Assembly (NCBI GenBank): GCA_945861415.1
Contig: CAMAUV010000012.1
Coordinates: 7,609-71,608, forward strand
Source: Akkermansia muciniphila
GTDB lineage: Bacteria > Verrucomicrobiota > Verrucomicrobiia > Verrucomicrobiales > V1-33
DNA length: 64,000 bases
Direction of reading: 5' to 3'
The translations under genes were made by a program, and so were the position numbers. The notes under the pieces are model-generated. The model saw only the letters and a list, made by a program, of their open reading frames with translations, did not search any database and was not told the DNA's origin. Shown piece after piece: positions 20,801 through 26,669 of the stretch (its first letter is position 1; each line of letters opens with the position of its first letter).

Positions 20801-22514
20801 GCGGCACCAGCGCGGCAGGAAGCTGGAGCTGGCCGTCGATCTGCCGGGCCGCGTTGAAATGATAGATGTAGGCACCGTATTCATCGGAAACCCAGCCCGA
20901 GCCGGCCTTCCCCGGACGTTTGTCAAAAGCCAGACCCTCGGTGTCCAGAGTCAGGCGATTCGCCACCGTGCCGTCACTCTGCGTGGTGTTCGCGAGCACG
21001 ACCGGCACCTGCGTGCCAAAGAGCATCGTGGCCGGACCGTCCGCCAGCAGACCCGTGGTGAATACCGGCGCGGTGAGGGCATTGGCATCGTGATCGTAGG
21101 TGAAGCGCGTCGAACCTGCGAAGGTCAGCGTGATCTGATTCTGTGCAGTCGTCGGGGCTGCCGCCGTGTAGGGCGTGAAGCTGAACGTGAAGGTATTGAT
21201 GCGTGCTGCGTAGTTCGAATAAATCGTACCCGCATTGTAGCCGCGGTCCGGCAGCATTTCCATGGTGCCTGTGTAGCTACCGTTCGTATTCCGCACGAAG
21301 CGCGTGATCTGCATGTCAGAGACAGAGCCCACGGACTCGCCCGTCACCGGATCTTTCATCGCGGCAGGCACGCGGCCCACGCCCTGGAGGCCGAGGTTGA
21401 TGAAGGTGGAACCGCCAATGGTCACGCCTGCCGCGGGCCCTGCGCCCTGATTCGGCTCGACCACATCCCGAATGGCCGAGGTATAGACCGCGGGAACCCG
21501 GAAGAGGTTCAGGTTGGTTGTGCTGATCGTCGTGCCGTCCCTCGCCGTCAACCGGAAGGCCACAGTGTTCGCTCCCGGATTCAGGCTGACTGTAAATGGA
21601 TTGCCCGATGTTGTCGGGAAAAATCCTGCACCTGCGACATTCACATCGAGAGTCGCACCGGCGATGGCCACTGTCGGCGTCACATCCACCGACGTCACGG
21701 AATTTCCAAGACTGGCCGAGTAGCTGAGCGATGCGCCGGAAAGGACCGGAGAGAGCGTGCCCTGGCTGAGCGCGAGGCCGCCGAGCAGGGCGTTCGTCGC
21801 GTCAGGCACTGTCACCGTGGCCACGCGACTGTCCACAGTCCCTGCGAGGGTGGAAACACGCACCCAGTAGCTCGTAGTCGCACCGAGACCAGGCGTGGTG
21901 AAACTGGCGGAGTTGGTTCCCACCGGTGCAGTGTTGACGCCCACGGCCCCGCGGTACCACTGGTAGGTCGGTGAGGGATTGCCAGTGGCAACAACCGTGA
22001 GTGTCGCCGCGCTGCCGGCCACGACCGACGTGTCCGCCGGTTGCTTTGTGATCAATGGAGCGACGGCGTCATCGTTCGTTATCGTGCCGACACCCAGCGC
22101 ACTTATAATCGAGGCCTTGCCGGAGGTCACTGCCAAGGCCGAAAGTCTGACGAATACCGTCTCGTTCGCCTCGCTGAGGATGTCACCATTGACCGTCACA
22201 GTTACCGTTTCTGTGAGATTGCCACCGACCGCGAAACTCAGCGTGCCGAGGACCTTCGTGTAATCTCCGGGCTCTATCGCCGTGCCGTTTGCACTCGCCC
22301 AGTTTAGCGAGAATTCCGCAGTATTCGTCGAGCGCGTTACCGTAAAGCTGACTGCCGTGGTGCCTGTATCTCCCTCGGTGACCGAGATATCCTTAATGCT
22401 TATAATGTCTGCCGCGACACCAGCCAGAGCTGTGCTGACAGTGAGGGCGCTGGAAAGAATGCAGGCTAACGGAGTGAGAACTTGGCGCAAAAACAGGTTG
22501 GTTTGGAATTTCAT
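11847..22514 (-). CDS. giant secreted multidomain phosphoesterase (Calx-beta x2, Ig-like, phytase-like esterase, cadherin/dystroglycan-like, choice-of-anchor-I-like x2, PhoD-like, 5'-nucleotidase, C-terminal module)
   Basis: Uninterrupted 3,555-codon ORF with signal peptide 'MKFQTNLFLRQVLTPLACILSSALTVSTALA'. Motifs seen: Calx-beta 'VTEGDTGTTAVSFTVTRS...GDY...NGDILSEANETVFV' and 'VAEGNSGTATITFTITRT...NGDTTIEANETIVL'; phytase-like 'LDTEGLAF' and 'NQGMEGLAVSPDG'; two copies of 'LEPEY..(V/I)S.DGTKAMVTLQEANA', 'ANEGDDR.DF', 'DGDGD(I/V)D.ILSYGGRSFSILD' and 'RSDNK..EPEGVT'; PhoD 'DDHEVTNDF' and 'VAADFHGTA'; 5'-nucleotidase 'GNHEFDLG' and 'GGGHER'. Confidence 0.9.
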   Translation of the reverse strand: MKFQTNLFLRQVLTPLACILSSALTVSTALAGVAADIISIKDISVTEGDTGTTAVSFTVTRSTNTAEFSLNWASANGTAIEPGDYTKVLGTLSFAVGGNLTETVTVTVNGDILSEANETVFVRLSALAVTSGKASIISALGVGTITNDDAVAPLITKQPADTSVVAGSAATLTVVATGNPSPTYQWYRGAVGVNTAPVGTNSASFTTPGLGATTSYWVRVSTLAGTVDSRVATVTVPDATNALLGGLALSQGTLSPVLSGASLSYSASLGNSVTSVDVTPTVAIAGATLDVNVAGAGFFPTTSGNPFTVSLNPGANTVAFRLTARDGTTISTTNLNLFRVPAVYTSAIRDVVEPNQGAGPAAGVTIGGSTFINLGLQGVGRVPAAMKDPVTGESVGSVSDMQITRFVRNTNGSYTGTMEMLPDRGYNAGTIYSNYAARINTFTFSFTPYTAAAPTTAQNQITLTFAGSTRFTYDHDANALTAPVFTTGLLADGPATMLFGTQVPVVLANTTQSDGTVANRLTLDTEGLAFDKRPGKAGSGWVSDEYGAYIYHFNAARQIDGQLQLPAALVPHNPVGTNNFLLEGVNGRRINQGMEGLAVSPDGTRLFALLQSATIQDSGTGNYGRSNARLLVYDISTSDTPSDPIAQYVVQLPRADDTGSLTNGVTVNRNCAQSAIVALNGHQILILAREGNGRGVPGSPPPAFKSVLLAELNGATNIDGTYDAEGAQVAPAGTLAAGITPVSWTEALNMLGKLDPARADVEKFGLNLLGGHGDINTLSEKWEGLSVVSANDPANRNDYFLFLGNDNDFLSTTGAYMDASGALQTYDGGVENDTVILAYRVRLTGPDNQAPFLETAIPAQNTGVGMAFSFAFAATSFADPENQTLTYSATKGDDSALPAWLTFNPATRQFSGTPALADSGTHTIKVTATDSGTPALSATTTFTITVGQPVTIAATSVAEGNSGTATITFTITRTVADTEFTVNYAVSGTASSGSDYVAIPSGTLTFTAGGPLAQTVIATVNGDTTIEANETIVLTLSGLANITGLSVLPGTGAATGTITNDDFVPSRFPATGVVTSTVKGFIDMDVPPLTGGAEIPAFDPASKRAFTSSGSGVQVIDLTNPAAPAFISTITPATLAVAGLTSNDVSSVTVRKASGANPAVLAASVIASPKTDPGHVVFLNAADGTLLGSVQVGANPDHIAFTPDGTKLLVAIEAETAGNVDLDTTPGGVTILDLSGGLAAPAVTTADFTAWDAQAAALSAAGVRLFQGGMPSTDLEPEYFAVSADGTKAMVTLQEANAVAVLDIPTATFTDIKPLGKKDFALGAHDFSDRDGAGAVNLANPISGQPVFGLYMPDAIASYTAGGQTYYVTANEGDDRDDFITPVETTTVGATNYDLDDTVFPNEAALKNQASLGRVTVSNVPGIRGDTDGDGDIDEILSYGGRSFSILDAAGNMVFDSGDMLENIMASQFLSNFDDGRSDNKGPEPEGVTIATIGARTFAFLSLERSHMVAVFDVTNPNAVKFVSGLRRTGDTNPEGSVIVSPVDSPTGKALLLVANEKSQTLTIHELDGLVDRTVASGDVTRNAATLWAHGFGPGTVTFEYSTDATFATGVTSVMASVPEALKPASVNITGLTAGTVYHYRASNTANSTAVVTGMFRTSAAPMTIAGLKFGVSGDQRGELAPFPSIKNAAGKSLEFFMQLGDNVYGDVASPALPTAQARSLTDYRARHDEIYSTRYGMNTFADLRATTPILATIDDHEVTNDFSGAEPRTSDPRFAADTGTLVSDTQTFLNGIQAFREYMPMQMQQYGATGDPIIANRAKLYRYNTYGKDAATFMLDTRSFRSAPIPAITNPSDNAQVFGFLVNAFAPGRTMLGTVQKADFKSDLLAAQASGIVWKFVFCPEPVQNFGPLAGEDRYEGYAAERTELLKFIDDNNISNVVFVAADFHGTAINRLSYQMGPGQPQIQTDSIEVITGSVAYDRPFGPTIVDLATGFGLITAPQRAFYDSLTPAQAPQREGFIQGIINPTLATIGYNQLSLTTNPLPNVTLLGGLYTATHTYGWTEFTIDQATQKLNVRTWGIEPYSKAQLDADPAAVTARMPAVVSEFEMTPEVPMVNAAAQAGLTIDGNCSPLNLLAASGAMPPGGTFSGTGVEGGTFDPATAALGVNVISYTVGTQSVNFNITVTAAPSLPVTQTNALALTMKSTLVLTDTGTTSGVGGSEIPAFDAVSKRAFSASNVGVQVVDLTNPSAPVKLAPIDPTTLGLTSKDVSHVAVKNGVLAVSLIAIPDKTMPGTVAFFNAGTGALLGSVAVGAVPDQLAWTPDGMKVLVANEGEIPAPLVIPPPPALPPAPPFDSDPEGSVSVIDVSAGFGALTVQTATFHAWNGQEAMMRASGIRVFPGNAASDDLEPEYVAISPDGTKAMVTLQEANAIATLDIASATITAVTPMGLKNYARVTGDFSDRDGAANANAIELKPNLPAFGMFMPDGIASYSTGGQTYYITANEGDDRNDFITPVETTTLNATVSTTVGMVTTVTPVIDLDDTIFPTEGTPGGSGAAGAPGTDLKGNDQLGRLTVSNVPGLRGDLDGDGDVDRILSYGGRSFSILDASGKRVFDSGDLIDRIFAANYPAFWDDSRSDNKSAEPEGVTVSVIGGRAYAFVGLERFHSVLVFDVTDPANVTFVTVASRRGDLNPEGMLVVPAADSPTGYPLLIVANENSFTLTTYEITPATPPMQLQVLHYYGESGLLGIQTAPTMGAMIDKFDNEYPTMVLAEGDTFIPGPWLIAGADPSLNAVLGIGVTALGRPDIAIMNAFGTTASALGNHEFDLGSPVFQAAITTQTSGASTFPGAQFPFITANLDFASDSSLRGQADSTVGGTSAVAFRGDEVTNIRARLAPYAVKTVAGQRIGIVGSTTWELLTKSSPNGTRPKDDANDATSDIQEVAAYVQRAVDALRATGVNKIIMVDQLDTLQRNKDFAGLVSGIDIMVAGGGHERMGDSTDTAVGFNGHDADFIGDAYPIVTVGADGKPVLIVTTDTEYSYLGRLVVDFDANGELITSALNPVVNGAYASSPALLESIYNNGQTAAQIVAASAIGTKVKAIVDALNAVVVAKDGNIYGFTKVYLEGDRVFGRAQEVNLGNLTADANAFKARDALGLPTAAAVVSLKNGGGLRSSIGSVAADGSKVSPLANPLTGKPQGGISQLDTENALRFDNKLIVFDTNPAGLMAILEYAAGLAAGNGGYPQVGNIRFSYDKTLTPKVRSVSLINDAGGIVAKVAENGVILPSAPVLIQAVSLNFIANGGDAYPIKYLDPGAVPRNQVPNPDTDNFRFILNNGTLSAPIARNLDFTAAANVPINALGEQRAFADYVGALHPTLATGYVFADTPIQLDTRIQQFSDRAADTVLMNSIEEWRQFYFNSPDGIGPAASSSDWDFDGVDNLMEFALGTNPSSASTGVPELIFSGTFAAGTVTLRGQPIQRIEQIPNSVDFRYVFIRRKDHAVAGITYRPEFSTDLTNWVPSTAVPQVLTDDGTWQTVSVPYTRFITGRKARFARLTVTMP

Positions 22515-22849
22515 GATCGCGTTCGTGTTGTGTAAAGACGTAGGAAGAGAAGGTTGCCGGATAGGCGCGGGCTATGGACTGAAGTTTCTCGGTAGCAATT
22601 TTTTTACCGTGCCCAAATAGCCACGCTGCCGCTGCTGGGTATCCAAGCGGCCGTCACTTCCGACATCTGCCAGCACCGCTTTCGTCTGCTCATAGTGACG
22701 ACCGCCCCAGACGGGCGATGCGGATTCGGAGGTTAAAATCCTCGCCAGCAAGCCGAGCTATGCCGGCTGGACCGCGCTCGGGGGAGTGGAATAACTAACG
22801 TATTTTGAGACGACTTGGATGGGGTATCACTTGCGGCCGGGCATCCTGC

Positions 22850-23221
22850 CTAACGGCCACTTTGATCCGCCGAGGTCGAGCGCGAGGGCGTGGTCACTTT
22901 AGTCGAGTTGGAGAAGACACGGATTGCGCTGCATATAATTAGTACGGGCTCCGTCATACGGGACGAGGTCGCCGCCTCTCCCGCCTGCGGCGGCAGAAAC
23001 CGTCTATGGACGACCAGATTTGGAGCGCCCACGGCGGAGATGGTCCGCGCGGCTTTGTCCCCGAAACCGGCGATCCCGAAACCCACGGCGACTTCACTGC
23101 CTTCCACAAGGCGGTCACCGAAAAGCCAAAGCGCGATCTCGCTCAAATTAACAAGGGCCAAGTGCACCTTCTCCCCGCCGGACAGGACCCGCAGCAAGAC
23201 CAACCTCATCCCCGCCTGCAT
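22850..23221 (-). pseudogene. possible remnant of an ABC-F-type ATPase gene
   Basis: The 123-aa ORF contains 'LSGGEKVHLALVNL' (ABC signature), then 'LWLFGDRLVEGSEV' where 'LLLLDEPTNHLD' is expected, then 'LVVHRRFL' where ABC-F proteins have 'VSHDRYFL'. There is no Walker A upstream: only about 130 nt remain before the next gene. The piece is too short to be functional. Confidence 0.3.
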
Positions 23222-23280
23222 CGTTCAGGTTCCGGCTAGCCTGTCACCTTTTAGCGCCAGACAGCCCGGTAAATAAATGG

Positions 23281-23329
23281 AAAAAAGCCCGCCGGGACGG
23301 TGAAGCATACTTCAAAATCCGCGGCGGGC
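23281..23329 (-). terminator. candidate intrinsic terminator of the isomerase gene
   Basis: On the minus strand GCCCGCCG-(27 nt)-CGGCGGGC is followed by TTTTTT, about 20 nt after the stop at 23350. The large loop lowers confidence. Confidence 0.35.
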
Positions 23330-23349
23330 ACAGGAAACCGGCTGGCGCA

Positions 23350-24255
23350 CTATGACATTTCTGCCCGGATCTTCTCCAGCAGTGCTTTGGTGGCCTTGAT
23401 GCCGTCCGGCTCACTCAGCTTGCCGCCTTCGTATTCTACTCCGATCCATCCCGCCCACTTGTGTTTCTTTACGCAGATGTCGAGCATCTTGCGGTAGTCC
23501 GTGCGCTTCTCGTTGCCCTTGTCGTCAAAGTCATGGCTCTTGGCGCTCACGCCTTTCGCGAAAGGCATGAGTTCATCGGTGCCTTTGTAGCGGTCATATT
23601 CCTCACCGGGGCCCACGTTAAAATTACCGAAGTCCGGCAGCGTACCGGCGTTCTTTTTGCTGGTGGCTTTGATGACACTTGCCAGCCATGCACCGTCACT
23701 GGAAAGCTGCCCGTGGTTCTCTACGATGACATTCAGCTCCATGGGCGCGGCCAGATCGCAAAGTTTGGCCAGACCTTCCGCGGCGCGGGCGGCTTGCTCT
23801 TCCCTGCTTCCTTTTCCGCCGGTGTTGGCATTCACGCGGATGCTGTGGCAGCCAAGGAATTTGGCGGCCTCCAGCCACTTCACATGGTTCTCCACGGCCT
23901 TTTCCCGCCCGGCGTTATCAGGATCCCCCAAGGCGCCTTCTCCGTCGCACATGATGAGCACACTGGTTACTCCCTCGCCTTCACAAATCTTTTTCAATTC
24001 CGCCAGGTAGGCCTGATCCCTCGCCTTGTCTTTCCAAAACGAGTTCACCCACTCAATCCCTTCAATGCCAAACTCTCTCTTCGCCTTCACGGGAAATTCG
24101 GTATTTTTCATATCCCCCTTGAAGAGCGTCTTGTGCAGGGACCACTGGGCCAGCGAGATTTTGAAGAGCGGCGCTTTGGCCCCATCCGCAGCGCGGAGGG
24201 CAGGAGCGAGAGCGGCGGCAAGGCTGGACTGGAGAAAGAAACGGCGGGAGGTCAT
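23350..24255 (-). CDS. Tat-signal sugar phosphate isomerase/epimerase (xylose isomerase-like TIM barrel)
   Basis: Start moved to the ATG at 24255, giving a twin-arginine-type leader 'MTSRRFFLQSSLAAALAPALRA'. The body has the TIM-barrel family look ('ISLAQWSL', 'GIEGIEWV', 'CHSIRVNA', 'VIVENH', 'IGVEYEG'). Confidence 0.8.
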   Translation of the reverse strand: MTSRRFFLQSSLAAALAPALRAADGAKAPLFKISLAQWSLHKTLFKGDMKNTEFPVKAKREFGIEGIEWVNSFWKDKARDQAYLAELKKICEGEGVTSVLIMCDGEGALGDPDNAGREKAVENHVKWLEAAKFLGCHSIRVNANTGGKGSREEQAARAAEGLAKLCDLAAPMELNVIVENHGQLSSDGAWLASVIKATSKKNAGTLPDFGNFNVGPGEEYDRYKGTDELMPFAKGVSAKSHDFDDKGNEKRTDYRKMLDICVKKHKWAGWIGVEYEGGKLSEPDGIKATKALLEKIRAEMS

Positions 24256-24450
24256 GAAGTTTGTGATAGATTGAATTAAGATGACAATGAAGTAACAGAT
24301 TGGTGACTTTTTACAGGGATGCCAGCACACTTGGCGAGTGGAATTGTCTCACGGGGTTGCGGGAATGCTCCGGTTTCCCGGGATTTTCGTGGCACTGTTT
24401 TATAGGAGTATGTTATTCCTCACAGGTGAAAAGCGATCAGGTTCTTGACG

Positions 24451-24510
24451 AATTTAGGGCTTCGTCATCCTGATTTGGCTGCGCCTGTTTTGCGCCTCGT
24501 CATTCCCGGG
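24451..24510. repeat. short dispersed intergenic repeat, copy 2
   Basis: AATTTAGGGCTTCGTCATCC ... CTCGTCATTCCCGGG. The GGGCTTCGTCATTC core also occurs at 43603-43616. Confidence 0.5.
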
Positions 24511-24923
24511 ACCCATTTACTTAGCAGCAACATTTGCTCTAGCCGTGGTTTGCTGCAGCATACGCAGCCTGCATTCGTTTCGTTCTCAGGGACTCGAATA
24601 CTGTCCCAATCCACTGTGAAGGAACGAGGCTGCGGCCCCGCAACCTAATCCCGCCTCGATCAATTCCGAGCGGATTCGACTTCCGTTCATTCGCGGTGCT
24701 CAGGCCGCGATGGTGGCCGGAGCCGAGGGCTACACGCGTCACGGTATGCGGGAGTCAGTGCGCGTTCCCACTAACGCCCCCTCTTCGAGGATCACCGCAG
24801 AGCGATCGCTGGAAGTCGCATCGGAACGAGCAGCAGGTCGCGGAGTATTTTGCTGTCCGTGGAAGCATGGCTCTTGTTTATTATTCGAGCGGCCTTAGGG
24901 TCGCCGGTGACGCGGGAACAGCG

Positions 24924-25709
24924 TTAGGCTGAATCGCGCCCGGCGGTGATGAGGCGCAGCGCTTCACCGGCGGCGGCAAATCCAAAAGCGCCCGTGACGT
25001 GCGTGGCTGCTCCAAAGCCGGAGGCGCAATCCATTTTGAGTGCGCCCCTAGGCTCGGCCTCGGCTCGGCAGGAGCCGTCCGCCCAAGGGAATACTTGAGG
25101 CTCAGCGGAGTATACGGCGCTCACGCCAAGGGGTGCCTCTCCCGCAGGGAAGCCATGATTCCGCCGCAGGTCGCGCCGGACCTGACGCAGGAGTTCGTCG
25201 CCTCCCGTGCGCGCCAGATCACCGCTGCGCAGAGCCGTGGCGTCCCGCCGTCCTCCGGCTCCGCCAGCCGTCACCACCGGAATGCCCGCGCGCACGCAGG
25301 TGGCGATGATGAGAGATTTGATGCTGGTGCGGTCCACGGCATCGACCACGCAATCGTAAGGTCCGGCGAGGAGGCGAGTAGCATTCTGGACCGTTAGGAA
25401 CTCCGCCACGGGGATTATCTCACACGAAGGATGAATGAGGCGCATCCGTTCGGCGATTACCTCGACTTTCGGCCGCCCAATGGCGCCATCCAGCGCGGGG
25501 AGCTGGCGGTTTACATTGGTGATGCAGACATCGTCCATGTCCACCGTTGTCACGCGGCCCACACCAGAGCGAACGAGCGCCTCTACCGTCCATGAGCCCA
25601 CGCCGCCCACGCCAATGACACAGACATGAGCCGCGGCCAGTCGCTCCATGCCGCTGCGTCCATAGAGCCGGCCAATGCCGCCAAATCTCTGCGAGTAATC
25701 TTTCGTCAT
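24924..25709 (-). CDS. tcdA: tRNA threonylcarbamoyladenosine dehydratase (ThiF-family E1-like)
   Basis: 'YSQRFGGIGRLYG', 'VCVIGVGGVGSWTVEALVRSGVGRVTTVDMDDVCITNVNRQ' and 'GRPKVEV'. Length 261 aa. Confidence 0.8.
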   Translation of the reverse strand: MTKDYSQRFGGIGRLYGRSGMERLAAAHVCVIGVGGVGSWTVEALVRSGVGRVTTVDMDDVCITNVNRQLPALDGAIGRPKVEVIAERMRLIHPSCEIIPVAEFLTVQNATRLLAGPYDCVVDAVDRTSIKSLIIATCVRAGIPVVTAGGAGGRRDATALRSGDLARTGGDELLRQVRRDLRRNHGFPAGEAPLGVSAVYSAEPQVFPWADGSCRAEAEPRGALKMDCASGFGAATHVTGAFGFAAAGEALRLITAGRDSA

Positions 25710-25795
25710 ACCGGCCGTGTGGCGGGGAGGGCGGCATTGTGCAAGGCGGAGTCTTTTCTTGTATCTCCGCGAAGGGCGTGCATGAGGCGCTCAAG

Positions 25796-26668
25796 ATGAA
25801 TGAAGTGCATGAACCTGAGAGCGCCGCGACCGTGGCTCGTCCGTGGCTTTTCTATACCATAGCCTATGATCCTCCGGGCATCACGGGCGCGAGGCAGTTG
25901 GCGAAAATGCTTGCGGGCAGCGTGGTCAGGAATTTCTGGCCGGGTGAAGTATTGGTGCTGGTGAATGCCCCGTATCCGATCTTTCAGGTGCCGCGCGCCG
26001 GATTGCGGGAGGAATACATTGAGACGCCGGAGATGAGCGCGGCTGAACTGGCGGCTCTTGCTCAGGCAGCAAAGGCCGAAGCAGGCACCATTTTTAAAGG
26101 GACGGACTACGAGTGGGTCATGTTCGCCGATGCGGACTGCCTTTGCCTGCGAGGGCTGGAACATCTGCTGCGAGAACGCCCGGAAGCGGATATCCTTTAT
26201 CAGCCCGTGCCGGGCCGCGGCGCATGGGAGGTGGAGTATGCAGCCTATCTGACGGAGGAGGAGACTGGACCACGCGAGCTGGGGACGAAAGGGCTGCCGG
26301 CTTCGCGATGCGGGATTACCGCCGGAGTGTGGGCCGTGCGCGGCGATATCTACACTGCCGTGATGCAAGAGTGGGGCCGTATTCAACTCACAGATCCGCT
26401 GCGCCCAGGAGGGCGGCGCGAACAGGGCGCATGGAACAAACTCATCCGAGATGCCGCGCAACACGGTTGGCGGGCGAAGGCCTTTGAGCCACGGGAGATT
26501 GCCCATCCGCTGGTGGAAAGTGGGGGATGGAAACTTTACCGGGATGCCGCCCTGCTGCACGCGACCGGCGGCACCGAGGCGGAGCGGCAGGAGTTTTTAT
26601 TCGGCCATTACCTCCAGCGTTATTTCTACGATCCGGCGCTGACTCTGCTCAACGTGCTTGAAACCTGA
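25796..26668 (+). CDS. putative glycosyltransferase, GT8-like nucleotide-diphospho-sugar transferase fold
   Basis: DxD-type 'VMFADADCLCL', followed by 'GITAGVWAVRGDIY' and 'EQGAWNKLI', spaced as in GT8-like enzymes. Start chosen at the ATG at 25796 (MNEVHE); the track ORF starts at 25739. The overlapping minus ORF 25706..26560 is Arg-rich and not protein-like. Confidence 0.55.
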   Translation: MNEVHEPESAATVARPWLFYTIAYDPPGITGARQLAKMLAGSVVRNFWPGEVLVLVNAPYPIFQVPRAGLREEYIETPEMSAAELAALAQAAKAEAGTIFKGTDYEWVMFADADCLCLRGLEHLLRERPEADILYQPVPGRGAWEVEYAAYLTEEETGPRELGTKGLPASRCGITAGVWAVRGDIYTAVMQEWGRIQLTDPLRPGGRREQGAWNKLIRDAAQHGWRAKAFEPREIAHPLVESGGWKLYRDAALLHATGGTEAERQEFLFGHYLQRYFYDPALTLLNVLET

Positions 26669-26669
26669 C

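Noticed and set aside
15375-21974. Long plus-strand ORFs inside the giant minus-strand gene (15375..16709, 17244..18950, 18577..19530, 20469..21974).
   Set aside because: They are Arg/Gly/His-rich, low-complexity translations antisense to a gene with clear domain motifs. These are typical shadow ORFs of GC-rich coding DNA.
24660-24730. tmRNA-like fragments: GGATTCGAC on the plus strand (24671-24679) and CCACCA on the minus strand (about 24709-24714).
   Set aside because: The two hallmarks lie on opposite strands. There is no GGGG 5' acceptor, no T-arm (GGTTCGA-type loop), and no plausible Ala-resume tag ending in AA. The spacing does not fit standard or permuted ssrA.
25706-26560. 284-aa minus-strand ORF overlapping the GT8-like gene.
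   Set aside because: The sequence is Arg-rich and not protein-like, while the plus-strand product has DxD and other transferase motifs.
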